56,316 bases of DNA from Octopus bimaculoides (lineage: Eukaryota). The stretch covers positions 15,786,220 to 15,842,535 of the forward strand of contig NC_068995.1 in assembly GCF_001194135.2 (NCBI RefSeq), read 5' to 3'. The notes beneath the pieces were generated by a model that was not told the DNA's origin, ran no database searches, and saw only the letters and a program-made list of their open reading frames with translations. Position 1 is the first letter of the stretch. Each line of letters starts with the position of its first letter. Shown here piece by piece: positions 25,585 through 38,336 of this stretch. The position numbers and the translations under genes are program-made.

Positions 25585-25820
25585 TATTATTTCTAAAGTA
25601 GTCACAAGGTCAGAGGTTTGTGACAGGTACATAAATCGATTCAATCTAGCTAAGTATTTGACTGCTACTTTATTTTATCGACCTCGAAAGGATGAAAAGC
25701 AAAGTCGACCGCAGAATGATTTGAACTCAGAACATAAAATTTTAGAACAAATGCCGCGAAGGTCTACCGCAAAGGTCTTTTGTCTGCTGTTCAAGTAATT
25801 TTGCTTATCCACCGACCTTG
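25585..25820 (-). mobile_element. SINE family B
   Basis: ttttatcgacctcgaaaggatgaaaagcaaagtcgacc...tttgaactcagaac. Confidence 0.75.
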
Positions 25821-27639
25821 TTTGATAAGGATAAGGAACATAGTTTTGCAATTCTTTTACCCTCCGGTTAGTCCCTAATTCATCAAACTTACGATCAAGG
25901 CTGTTCCAGCTATTACTAATTCATCATTCTGTTAAACATTGTGAACCTAGGGTAAAATTATCTAAATTGTTGAGTCCGTCATTTACAAGAAAACTAGCGT
26001 ATAACTTGCGGACAATTTGGCGCTGCTGATTCTATCAGATTGTGCTGCACGCTAAATCCTAGCATCTGTCTTCAAATTCTTAGCATAAGGTTGATGGCAA
26101 GTAAATACATATTTCTGAGATGGGAAGAAATTTCATCACTTATTACTTTTATTAACCCTAGCAATGTAGGTTGACTGCAGTAAGTAGATCAAAACCTGGA
26201 ATCAGAACAAAGTAGCTTTGACCTCCAGTGGCAAAGTTCTATCAACAGGAAAAGTTTAAGGTAGGTAAATTCATTATGTAGTTTAATGCTTTGAGTTTTC
26301 CGCTTCACTTGAGAGGCAGAAAAAGTGTCGGGAGTTGAAATCAGAGATAAAACTAGTTTTTCCCTTCTCAGAGTTACAGTATTTACCCTTGAAGAAAAAA
26401 TGGACTTTATTATGTATACCCGGAAGATTTGAACTGATACAGAACTGAAAGCATTGGTTTATGATTAGTATACCTGTTATCAAAGGAAAGTAGAGATAAT
26501 CTCCATCGGCAAAGATCAATTGGTCATTTCGAATCATTCATACATTAGTAAAGATGAAAAGAAAATAAGAAGCTGTTTATACTGACTTTTTTTAACGTCA
26601 TCGTGGCAGAATTTTCTCAAGTTTAATTCTTGGTTTTGGTTAGTAATTAATGTAGCGTAGGTCGATTAGTAATTAGTTCTCTCACTCTCTCCTTTTCTCT
26701 CTTTTCAGAATTGTCTGTGAGCTGGCAGAAAAGTTGTACAACTATAGCTTGTTTATATTCCGGAATATGCTTTTTCTTCCTTTGGTAGAATCCATGGAAA
26801 CAAGCGTCTGCATGGAAAGCCATGCGTCTAAACATTGATTTAATTATGATACATCTTCATTCATTCGTTGTGTGAGTGCACTAAGTCTAAAAGTCCCTTA
26901 GAATGCGCTCCTGCTTACTGGAAAGTATCAGATAAGACACTCAGATACTTACTTCAGAAGATCCCAATTGTATCTTCGCTTTGGCGATGTCTCGACGGCA
27001 TTTTTTTCCATTTATTTTTCTGTATTTTTTTTTTGGTAACAAGAGGCACAATTTGAACTCAGATCCCACAATGCCAAAAAGAGGTTGCAAAACGTCTTCT
27101 CAGATCTTCTAACACTGCCAAGCCATCGCTCTTTATAGGCTCTCTATCGACTCAGAGATGTGAAGTTAACCTAGGCAGGATTGGAACTCACAAAACAGAG
27201 AGCTGCAAGAAATACTGCAAAGACTTCTATCCAATGACATAGCAAACTCTGTCAATTCGACAATATAAATATTCCTTAATTAATATTCATTGAGATATAG
27301 TCATTAAATAACCATTAATATTGATTTCTAACAATGCGGTAGTTGGGTGTAGTTGAATACAATGACAAAATGAACCTTGGCACCATTTGAGCCCAGACCG
27401 TAAAATGACTTTATCATTTCTTTTGCTTCGATGCACTGTAAATAACCAATAATATTACTTCTGCACGGTTGGTAGTATACTGGCAGAATTACTAAATGCC
27501 TTTTAGTACTTGCTCAAATACTTAACGTTCTAAGTTCAAATCCTGCCATCCTGTGCCTTACTGTTGGCAGGCATCAATTCAATTGATTAACAAAGGTACT
27601 AAACAGTACCTTCGTTAGAAACGATATTAATTTGGCTGT

Positions 27640-27835
27640 TAAGGGGAGCACTAGCAAAATCGTTAACAAAATGCTTAGCATTATCCGTCTTTACGTTTCA
27701 AGTTCAAATTCCGCCGAGGTCAACTTTGTCATTTATCCTTCCAGGGTCGATAAAATAAATTCTATTTGAGAAATGAAACGGTAGTAGTCGACTTATTCCT
27801 TCCGACTTGCTGGCCTTTTGCCAAAATTTCAAACA
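27640..27835 (+). mobile_element. SINE family B
   Basis: aaatgcttagc...gttcaaattccgccgaggtcaactttg...gggtcgataaaata; further fragments at about 27030-27270 (-) and 27465-27600 (+). Confidence 0.7.
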
Positions 27836-27952
27836 AACACTGGTGGTGCTCCAGCATCTTCGCAGCCTAAAAGATGAACCGTGTAAAAGAATATTAATTC
27901 TGTTGTGAAGGAAATTTTTACGCCAGTTTATGGCCTGACATAAAAAAAAAAA

Positions 27953-28169
27953 TGATCCCTCGACTATCGCGGGTGTTACGTTCTAAAACACCACGCGATA
28001 GGTTAAAATCTGCGAAATAGAAGCAGTACTGTATCCTTTTTTAATTATCGTTATAATTTGTATATATTTATTTTATCATATATGCAAAACAACACCACAG
28101 AGGAATCAACGTAAGCTGAAGTAATAAACCTCCATAGGTGAACCGCGATATAGCGAGGGGGTTACTGTA
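27953..28169. mobile_element. Tigger/pogo-like MITE
   Basis: atccctcgactatcgcgg ... ccgcgatatagcgaggggg-ttactg|TA terminal IR. Confidence 0.65.
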
Positions 28170-28454
28170 TTACTAAATGATATTTAATACCGCTAAGGTC
28201 TGAGTTAGCTTTGTTACTAAGACATAAATGAGAGTTGTTTATTCGTAGATCAGTTTTGAGAAAACCTATGTCTGGCTTTTTTAATGAGGTACAATGTAGT
28301 TTTGAGGTAGATTTACTTGCTATATGTAACAGGATAGGCGGCTCCCTAGAAATGATAACAATATACTGGCGATAGTTTATTCCGCTATGACCGATATCTA
28401 CTTTGTAAAATTTGGGCACTTTGGATGTTCTAAACCAACGCTTAATTACCCTTT

Positions 28455-28655
28455 CTGTTAAAGGAACAGGGTCTGAAATTTTGGAGAAAGGAGCTAGTTG
28501 ATAACATCAACCCTAGTGCTCAACTACTACTATTTTACCGACTCCAAAAGGATGAAAGGCAAAGTCGACCTCGGCGGAACACAGAACTTAGAGATTGACA
28601 ATATGGCACTAACTGTTTTGCTCAGTGTTCAAATGATTCTGCTAGCTAGCCGCCT
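28455..28655 (-). mobile_element. SINE family B
   Basis: aaaggatgaaaggcaaagtcgacctcggcgga...ctagctagccgcc. Confidence 0.8.
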
Positions 28656-28684
28656 TAATTCAATGCTAAATAATATTTCCCGTT

Positions 28685-28915
28685 CAAGGTGGTGAGCTGG
28701 AAGAACCATTAGCATGTCGAACAAAATGCTTAGCAGTATTTCGTTTGTCTTTACGTTATGCGTTCAACTTCCGTCAAGATTAACTTTGTCTTTCATCCCT
28801 TTGGGGGTCGATAAATTAAATACTAGTAGAGCTCGGTTGGGGGGGGGGGATCAATGCAATCGACTTATCTCCTCTCTCGAAATTGCTAGCCTTGTGTCAA
28901 AATTTAAAATCAATA
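28685..28915 (+). mobile_element. SINE family B
   Basis: aaggtggtgagctgg...aaatgcttagc...gggtcgataaattaaatac. Confidence 0.8.
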
Positions 28916-29699
28916 TCTGTTGTTGTCAGCTATTACCTCATCAAGGATCATTGTAGGAATTGGTGGAGCAGTAAATTAAACGCTTTACGGCGCTTAGGCA
29001 CTTAGACACCCCATTTTTCCTTCTGGTTATGCATCATACGAAATTTAACATTGCTTTTCTTTCACCGGGGTCGATAAAATAAAATGTCGGTGGTCAATAA
29101 TATCGACTATACATACTCCAGTCACAAAATCTGAGGCAATTTCGAGCCTATTTGATAAATCAATAATTACTTCACATACTTATAAATCAATACTTACTTC
29201 AATAATTACAAACATATAAGTTTCATAGCTGAGTTTCTCAGTTTCATTTCTTTAGACGCCATCATCCAAAACTAATAACCGATGTGGCTAATCTTCTGCA
29301 GTGTTTCCTTGCATTTCTTCTATGTATCTATTCTGCTGTTATTATTATGTCTATTTTTGAATTCCGTTGGTCGGTTTAACACCTCTTACCTGGTTCTTGG
29401 TTCCATTCAGTGGAGTTCGCTCTGGGTCAGTTCTCTGATTCGAGATACATTTTTCTCTTTTTTCATGCTCGTCTTGGAGACATAAAAAGAATGTTCATAA
29501 GGCATCGTCCTTCCATCCGTGACTAATTGATAGTTATATAACTAATTGCTTCATCAAAGATCTGTTTCACAGCCGAGTTCTTTGGTTTCGTTTCTTGATC
29601 AGAATTCTAAGAAGACACTGAGAAGTTTCCCTGCATCTTTTCTATAAAACTATATCTGCAGTATTTTTTATTGTGAATGTATCATAAATCAATAATCAA

Positions 29700-29862
29700 C
29701 GTGATTGCGTGGTAAGATGTTTCCCAGCCACATGGTTCCGGGTTCGGTCCTATTGCGTGGCATTTTAGGCAAGTGTTTTCTACTGTAGTCCCTCACCGGC
29801 CAAAGCCTTGTAAGCGGATATGGATTTGCTGGATGGAAACTGAAAGAAGCCCATCGCGTGTA

Positions 29863-29923
<61 letters not shown>

Positions 29924-30135
29924 GTCTGTCTGTGTTCGTGTTCCTTTGTGTTTGAATTTTTAAAGACGCCTCCACCACTTGACAACCGGCGTTGGTTTGT
30001 TTATATCCGCATATCTTGTCCGATAAAATAAGTATCATGCTTAAAAAATAAGAACTGCCATCGATTTCTGCGACCATACCTTTAAAGGAATACCCATCAG
30101 GGCTGGAGTCCAATAACTAAAACAAGTAGAAGATA
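29700..30135 (+). mobile_element. SINE family A with internal (TATC)n
   Basis: gcgtggtaag...gttccgggttcggtcc...ggaaactgaaagaagccc-(TATC)n...cttgacaaccgg. Confidence 0.75.
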
Positions 30136-30342
30136 AGCGCTTGATTTCAAAGATGAGCTTCTTAGGACTAGTTCCTTCGTCGCCATCATACGAGGCTACA
30201 TAAGATATATTTAATCAAATTCTTCCGTTGTCACATTTACCTTTTAAACTTTAGAAATCGATAAAATAAAAACACCAATTACGTTACTAAGGTCTATATA
30301 TTATAGTAACCTTCTCCAAGGCATCAAGCTGGTAGAATCGTT

Positions 30343-30606
30343 GGATCTATTTTAAAACGGGGGCCACATTTTTCATTAATGTTTTACGTAGTGTTTTTGG
30401 TACCGAAAGACTTTCAAACTTCGTATACTTATCTATTTTGTGTTATAGAACAGAAAAATATTTTTGTATTCGAATTTATTTCATGTAAGTTATTTCTGTT
30501 CTATAACACAAAATAGATAAGTATACGAAGTTTGAAAGTCTTTCGCTACCAAAAACACTACGTAAAACATTAATGAAAAATGTGGCCCCCGTTTTAAAAA
30601 AGATCC
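30343..30606. mobile_element. Fold-back derivative of the 5152-5708 MITE family
   Basis: Two arms of about 113 bp in inverted orientation (2 mismatches), both matching 5596-5708; flanked by identical 36-bp direct repeats 30307-30342 and 30607-30642. Confidence 0.9.
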
Positions 30607-30617
30607 TAACCTTCTCC

Positions 30618-30820
30618 AAGGCATCAAGCTGGTAGAATCGTTAACTCACCGGATAAAATGCTTAGCGGCATTTCGTCCGTCTTTACGTTCTGAGTTCAAA
30701 TTCCGCCGAGGTCTACTTCACTTTTCATCCATTCTGAGGTTGGTAAAATAAGAGCCAGATGAGCACTGGGGTCGATGTGATCCCCCCAAATTTCGGGCCT
30801 ATAGTAAAAAGGATTGTTAT
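30618..30820 (+). mobile_element. SINE family B (head duplicated by the fold-back insertion)
   Basis: ggcatcaagctggtagaatcgtta...aaatgcttagcggcatttcgtccg...gagttcaaattccgccgagg. Confidence 0.85.
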
Positions 30821-30891
30821 TGGAATGAAACGACCTAAAATTATAAAAGAAATATTTTAAGATATGCAAATGGTTTATCAAAAATATTATG

Positions 30892-31763
30892 NNNNNNNNN
30901 NNNNNNNNNNNNNNNNNNNNNNNNNNNNNNNNNNNNNNNNNNNNNNNNNNNNNNNNNNNNNNNNNNNNNNNNNNNNNNNNNNNNNNNNNNNNNNNNNNNN
31001 NNNNNNNNNNNNNNNNNNNNNNNNNNNNNNNNNNNNNNNNNNNNNNNNNNNNNNNNNNNNNNNNNNNNNNNNNNNNNNNNNNNNNNNNNNNNNNNNNNNN
31101 NNNNNNNNNNNNNNNNNNNNNNNNNNNNNNNNNNNNNNNNNNNNNNNNNNNNNNNNNNNNNNNNNNNNNNNNNNNNNNNNNNNNNNNNNNNNNNNNNNNN
31201 NNNNNNNNNNNNNNNNNNNNNNNNNNNNNNNNNNNNNNNNNNNNNNNNNNNNNNNNNNNNNNNNNNNNNNNNNNNNNNNNNNNNNNNNNNNNNNNNNNNN
31301 NNNNNNNNNNNNNNNNNNNNNNNNNNNNNNNNNNNNNNNNNNNNNNNNNNNNNNNNNNNNNNNNNNNNNNNNNNNNNNNNNNNNNNNNNNNNNNNNNNNN
31401 NNNNNNNNNNNNNNNNNNNNNNNNNNNNNNNNNNNNNNNNNNNNNNNNNNNNNNNNNNNNNNNNNNNNNNNNNNNNNNNNNNNNNNNNNNNNNNNNNNNN
31501 NNNNNNNNNNNNNNNNNNNNNNNNNNNNNNNNNNNNNNNNNNNNNNNNNNNNNNNNNNNNNNNNNNNNNNNNNNNNNNNNNNNNNNNNNNNNNNNNNNNN
31601 NNNNNNNNNNNNNNNNNNNNNNNNNNNNNNNNNNNNNNNNNNNNNNNNNNNNNNNNNNNNNNNNNNNNNNNNNNNNNNNNNNNNNNNNNNNNNNNNNNNN
31701 NNNNNNNNNNNNNNNNNNNNNNNNNNNNNNNNNNNNNNNNNNNNNNNNNNNNNNNNNNNNNNN
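30892..31763. other. Assembly gap
   Basis: N-run. Confidence 1.
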
Positions 31764-31798
31764 GAGAGAGAGAGAGAGAGAGAGAGAGCAATAAAATG

Positions 31799-32018
31799 TA
31801 CGAGGTGGGGCTGAAAAATTCTTAGCTTTGGGTAAAAGAAAATACAGCGGGATCAGTTAATTATAATTTTATTCAACATATTCTCCTTTCAGATTCACAC
31901 ACTTATTGCAGCGAATCATCAGTTTTTCTGAGCTCTGTAAAAGGCATCGGAATGTTGGGCCTCTAACTAAGCCTTTCGCAAGCCCTTAAAGTCAGGAACT
32001 TTTTAGCACCTCCTCGTA
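31799..32018. mobile_element. Mariner-type MITE
   Basis: TA|cgaggtggggctgaaaaattcttagcttt ... aaagtcaggaactttttagcacctcctcg|TA. Confidence 0.85.
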
Positions 32019-32084
32019 TTTAGAGAGGAAGTATTTATCCCCAGTTCTCAACGAGAATGTTTTATTATAAAAAAAACTATACTG

Positions 32085-32175
32085 CAGTAGATACCATGTT
32101 CTAACAGATACCGTAGTCTACCATGTTCTAACAGATACCATTGTCTACCACATTCTATACTTTGTTCTAACAGAA
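32085..32175 (+). repeat. Short minisatellite (about 27-bp unit)
   Basis: taccatgttctaacagatacc repeated twice plus a partial third copy. Confidence 0.7.
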
Positions 32176-33332
32176 CATTCACGTTTAAGAGGGGATAAAC
32201 ATTACCTCTCGTTATTAGCAATACTGCCTCTGTCATTTATATATATTTAGATTTTATTTAGTTTGATTTCTTATACAGGTTTTATTCATGAAAATGTGGA
32301 GCTACCTTCAGAAAAAATAAAACCAATAATCATGTTGACAGGAGATGAGTCACATATCACCTAACAGATTGTATTATAGAATTGACTGTTTTCATATCAA
32401 AGGAGAACAGACTTTGCCTATCAGCTCTCTGAGGTCGGTAAAATAAACACGATTTGAAAGCTACATTCTTCTATCAACGTTTGAAATTAAAATTACTTAT
32501 AGATTTCGATGGCAAGCTTCGTCAAGCAAGAGGTGAGATGTCAAAAAATACAATGGATTTTTAGGTTTCATTACATTATTCTACGGTTTGTTTCATTATT
32601 TTAAATTTCATTTATTCTATATCACATAAGTAAAACGACTGTGACGTTAGTTACAATTTTTTGACAGACTAGTCACTAGATCCATTCTTTTCTTACGTCG
32701 AGAGTGACGTAAGATTGCCCACACAACTCGGACTGAACAAATACTACTCAAGGTAAATCTATTCGAAAGCAATGTCTCTTCGGTTTTATTTTAGCTGGTA
32801 TGTATACCTTCCACTGATATATGTTATATATATATATATCAGCAAAAGATACACAAATACATACAAATATTTACAACATATCAGTCACAAGCACCTTTTA
32901 ACTAATCTAAAGTCCGCTTATGCCTAAACACTGCTCAGCTGTAATTTGCTGTAATTTTCACGACCTTGGCACTCTACCGGCACTATTCAGTCAATGTTCT
33001 TGATTGTATTTTAGTTAAAGCCATTGCTTGATTAGATCTATCCAGGTTACATCTCTTCAGTATATGCCATTGATAACAGCTAAGAAGCTAGAAATATCAA
33101 TGTCTAGGAATCCGATAGGCAGTAGCACTTTATAGATATGATGATTTTTTTTACATATCTTTCTTTTTTTTATATCACAAGAGAATTTTCTTCTCCACAG
33201 TAACTACAGTGAATTTACGTTTAACAGTTGAAATATGTCATAAATATATTCTAACTAACGTAAAATTCGGTGATGCCCAAACATTACTTCGCGTCGATAT
33301 TACTGAAGTGTTCCCATTATTAGAACTGATTA

Positions 33333-33545
33333 GAGGGCTGGCAGAATTGTTAGCGCGCTGGACGAAATGCTTAGCGGTATTTCGTCTGCTGCTACGTTCT
33401 GAGTTCAAATTCCGCTGAGGTCGACTTTGCCTTTCATCCTTTCGGGGTCGATGAATTGAGCACCAGTTAAGTACTGGGAGCCGGGGTCGATGTAATCGAC
33501 TTGCCCCTTCCCCCAAAATTTCAGACCTTGTAGAAAAATTATCAG
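33333..33545 (+). mobile_element. SINE family B
   Basis: Full head, core and tail. Confidence 0.9.
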
Positions 33546-33554
33546 TGCTGCTTA

Positions 33555-33778
33555 TAAGGCGGCGAGCTGGCAGAATCGCTAGCACGCTGGACAAAATGCT
33601 TAGCGGTATTTCTCTCGTCTCTACGTTCTGAGTTCAAATTCCACTGATGTTAACTTTATCTTTCATTCTTTTGGGTTCGATAAATGAAGTACCAGTTGAG
33701 TACTGGGCTCAATGTAATCGACTTAACCCCTCGCCTCAAATTTCAGGCCTTGTGCCTATAGTAGAAAGGATTATTAGA
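33555..33778 (+). mobile_element. SINE family B (tandem with the previous copy)
   Basis: aaggcggcgagctggcagaatcgc...gtgcctatagtagaaaggattatt. Confidence 0.9.
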
Positions 33779-34085
33779 GCAGCTCGTAATTCAAACTTTG
33801 TGTTATTCGTGCGGTGCTGTTGTGCATCCTCAGAACAATCTGCACTACTTGCATTTAAACCTCGGACCAGCGATTCTGATTCGCTTCGAGGTGACTCGAA
33901 TAAACGATAGTAAGCTGCAAAAACAGCGAAATATTGATATCCACCACTCTTGATCACTATCGGGGCGAGTTGTCTCGCCTTAGTTTGAGGTATTCAGTGG
34001 TATTTGGCGTACGGCTGTCTCGTAGCTAATCAACGCATATATTAAGTATGTGACATCGATAACCTATATATATATATATATATAT

Positions 34086-34439
34086 NNNNNNNNNNNNNNN
34101 NNNNNNNNNNNNNNNNNNNNNNNNNNNNNNNNNNNNNNNNNNNNNNNNNNNNNNNNNNNNNNNNNNNNNNNNNNNNNNNNNNNNNNNNNNNNNNNNNNNN
34201 NNNNNNNNNNNNNNNNNNNNNNNNNNNNNNNNNNNNNNNNNNNNNNNNNNNNNNNNNNNNNNNNNNNNNNNNNNNNNNNNNNNNNNNNNNNNNNNNNNNN
34301 NNNNNNNNNNNNNNNNNNNNNNNNNNNNNNNNNNNNNNNNNNNNNNNNNNNNNNNNNNNNNNNNNNNNNNNNNNNNNNNNNNNNNNNNNNNNNNNNNNNN
34401 NNNNNNNNNNNNNNNNNNNNNNNNNNNNNNNNNNNNNNN
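34086..34439. other. Assembly gap
   Basis: N-run. Confidence 1.
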
Positions 34440-34569
34440 GGGGAAGTAATTGGTGATGTGTATTACTCGGGACAGGGGAGTTAATTGCTCATTTTTTTGG
34501 GGTGGGGTGGGGTGGGGGTGGATAAATAAACATACAAAAACTCATAAGCTAAAGTAGTAAGATTAAATA

Positions 34570-36400
34570 TGTACTGTGATGGATATGTGATTATGAGTTA
34601 AAATATATACTGAGACCAGAGTTGGTTATGCGTTCATATTTAGGCATGTTCTGTAGTTTTCGATTAATTATATTTTCTTTATTCAAACGTTCTTGTAAAG
34701 AAGTTGCTTCTTTGCACTGGCAGGTGGGGAGAACTGTGAAATTTGTTTGGAGATTCCCTGTACATCTCTCTATGCGTTCACTCAAATATAACTGGCTATA
34801 CTTTGGGAAACGGATCTGTTCCTTATGTAGTGTGGTTCTCCGTCTAAGTGACAAACTTGTCTGACCTACTATACTTGTGTTCATAACGAAATTGGATTCT
34901 GGGATGCAGAAGTGAAGTTAGTTTTAATTGTGAACCTATCTCCTTGTCTGAATTGGAATTCCGAGTCTTCCAGTAGGTTGGTGCATGTTCCACAGTTTAA
35001 ACGTCCACGTTTTTTTAACCATTGGCTTCGTGGTTGTTGTGTAAAGCTTTGTATTTGTCAGAAGTCTTTTCAGTGATTTGTGTTGCTGTTTACGTTTGAT
35101 GAATCTATGTGTTTTCAAAATGTTCAGTTTTGGATCTCAAGTGAGCGTTGGTAGATTTTGCACAATAGTGTTGTATGCTTTATTGTTTCTTGGGTTGTGA
35201 GTTGATATATACGGTAGTATTTTGAGATGAAGCGTGGTATTTCGTTTTGTTTACCTTGGTGTTTTAATGCCTATTTTCTGGATAGTTTTGATTCCATTAT
35301 CTAATAAGTGGGGTGGATAATATCCCTCAGTTAGTGTTGTTCTGAGGTCTTGAAGACAGAGGTCCCGAGTATTTCCATCAGACACTATTGTGCAATTCCT
35401 TTTCGTTAAATTAAAGGGAATATTTCTTTTGATGCGTTTCAGATGGTATGAGCTAAACAGAAGATGTTGCTTCGAGTTCGTTGGTTTATGATAAATGTCA
35501 GTTACAATTTGGTTGTTGACTTTTTTATTAGAATATCTAAGAAAGAGAGTTGTTCTTTGCTATATTCCATTGTAAACTGACTGTTAGGGTTTATTCTATT
35601 TCGTTTTGATTGAAATACCAAAAGTCATCCAGATATCTTTTCCAGTTTCCTTTTATATAATAGTAAAATGGATATTCATAATTTTGAAGTGACACTCCAT
35701 ATACGGTGAATTCAAAATACCCCATTATTATGTTCGCACCACAATTCCATAGTTTTGTCAATAGTAGACGACTTTTTCGTAGACGGTATTGTTTTCTAGC
35801 ATGGTTACTACAAGGTTTGTGTAGTATTCTGTGGCCATCAGGACTACAGCACTTCCTTTCTTTGCTTCTTTGATTGCCATTTCTTTGTCATGTAGTTCAA
35901 TTAGATTTTCCCCTTCTAAATTGTTGAGTTTCGAATTAGTTTTTTGCTTATAGAAAGTATTTGGGAAATTTTGGATGTGGTCGCAGAAGTCATCTAGTGT
36001 TTTATTACTACCTTTAGGAACAACCAGAAATAGAAACCGCACAAAACATTTTCGATCTACTTCGTAAGCCATAGCTTTCATATAATTGATAGCTGTTGAT
36101 GGCATTAAAATATTCATGATCGGAATCTGTTGAGAATTCTTGAAATATCTTGATATTCTGGTAAAAATACATCTGCTTAAGTGCTATAATATTCAATTGC
36201 AGTTTACAGAAGGCCTGTACGGAATAAACTGAATTCCGTTGATAGGAATGCGTCGGGATCCTATCCAAAGAATGAGTCTTTTGTACCTCGACTGTTCTGA
36301 CAATCAATGAATGAAAAATGTCTGATGTTTTTAAAAGGTATATCACGGAAATATATTGTTTCAACATGAACAAATCATGAGGATTACTGCTATTGTTGTT
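34570..36400 (-). mobile_element. Penelope-like element (RT + GIY-YIG), internally deleted and decayed
   Basis: IKEAKKGSAVVLM..EYY, ANIIMG, RYLDDF (35638-35621), FTMEYSKEQLSFLDILI, TDIYHKPTNSKQHL, NIPFNL, GQTSLSLRRRTTLHKEQIR. Confidence 0.85.
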
Positions 36401-37162
36401 TAATCATTAATTTCATTTCAACCCATATCTATCAGAGCTTGAATCAAAGGACTCCTAATAACAGTGGAAGAGGGTGTAGCACTATATTAATTAATCTATC
36501 CTTATCGAAGTCAGTAGAATACGTGCGATATGATGAAAATTTGACTGCCCTTTCTAGAAGAATCAATGACAAACAGCAAGTCTTCTGCAGCGTGACAGTC
36601 CTACCAATCGATAACGTTAGAGCACAGTTATTTTGCATATATTATGGAACCAAAAATTTAGTATCAATGCGAAGTATTTATCTGCTGTATATTTACTGTG
36701 CAGTATCTTGAGTGCTTGCTATTCAAATAATTATTTTTGACTGCAAATTTCTTAATAATATCTGGCAGTCAATATATGTGTTGAGGATGTCCTATCTTGT
36801 TCAATAGTATCTGTTGTTATGGAAATGGTCAAAAAGAAACTGCAACATCGTGATTTTGTTTAATATTGTGTGTTATCAAAGTCGGGATAAATTTTCAACC
36901 TTCAGCTAATTTTAACAAAGATGCATTGTTATATAATTTAAACCATTCAAGCAAAAGAAACTTTCTTTGCATCACTTCACTTCTTGATTCTAATTTCGGT
37001 ATACCTTAAAAATAGTTCATTTTATAATTTCTTTCTTATCAGTTTTATATTTTCGACAAAACAGTTACTGAGAATTAAGAAGAAGAGTAATTAGAGAGAA
37101 AGAGTGAGCTTTAGAGAAAGGATGAACAATTTAATGATAATGCCTTAGAAGTGTCCGCATCT

Positions 37163-37195
<33 letters not shown>

Positions 37196-38305
37196 AGTGA
37201 ATGTGTGTGCATGACTGAGGGCGTGTGCGTGCGTGTGTGTATGTGTGTGTGTGCACGCGCGCGTGAGTGTGTGTTATGCTCAATCACTTGCACACTAAAA
37301 CAAAGAGCAGGTAATTCAACCGAGAGAACAACTGAATATTCATTGTTGAAACTGACGGATATCAAGGCGCGCGCGCGTAGTTATGTATGTATATATGCAT
37401 ATAGGCGTGTGTGTATGTGTGTAGTAAAAGGTAATTAGGATTCACAATTCCAGGCTGATACCTAATAAGAAGACTATAACTATCCAAACTGGGTTATGTA
37501 TGTATGTATGTATGTATGTTTGTACTTATGTACGTACGTATATCTTTAACGTATAAAGCCAGGAGGTGTGAAAGGTGAAGGCGCGAAGTTAGATAGATTT
37601 TTCCATTACTTCCATGTGACTACAGCCGTTTCGTAACATTGTTGTCGTATCAATTTCATTATGTATTTGTGTTTGTATGTGTCTGTATGTACTCATATGA
37701 AAGTAAAGAAAACCCCATATTTCCTTTGATTAAATTGCTTAATCTCTGATAAATAGGTCTGTTAGACATAAGATTGAATATGAACTGGAGTAACGAAGTA
37801 TACTAAGATGGGGATAAACGGAAGTTGATTTCGGTTTTATTTACGATATGATAACATAATCTAATGCTCGAGTACTGCTGATTATGAGAGACTGAATAAT
37901 AATTTTTTGGATGCTTCTTGTATAATAAATATAATTTGATAAAAACCTGATTAATCAGATCTAATGAATAAAACATTAGCGAAATTGTTACTCTTGATAC
38001 AGAAATTCGAAAAAGTCCATGTGTCTCTCTCATATAAATTTCACAAGAAAAAAGAATTAAACAGTTATGGCGGTCACGAGGAGAAAATTTAAACATTAAA
38101 ATTATTCAAGTTGAAATATTCATATTTTAAACAAAAATATGGCTACAGTTTTGTAAAATTAAAACAATGTTAAGACAATAACAATGCCTCAAAAAGATAA
38201 TAAAATGATAATTTCTAAGATAGACCCGAAGCATGAGTGCATAGTAATTCGGAACCACGACTTGAGCAAATGCATGTTGACATATGTATGTAGGTATGGA
38301 TGTAC

Positions 38306-38336
<31 letters not shown>

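Noticed and set aside
26709-26871. Plus-strand exon after a strong polypyrimidine-CAG
   Set aside because: All three frames hit stops before the GTGAGT donor and no protein similarity was recognised; the pyrimidine tract is a (CT)n repeat.
32500-32535. Hammerhead-like UUGACGA...CGAAA (minus strand)
   Set aside because: No stem II or III pairing; too degenerate to call.
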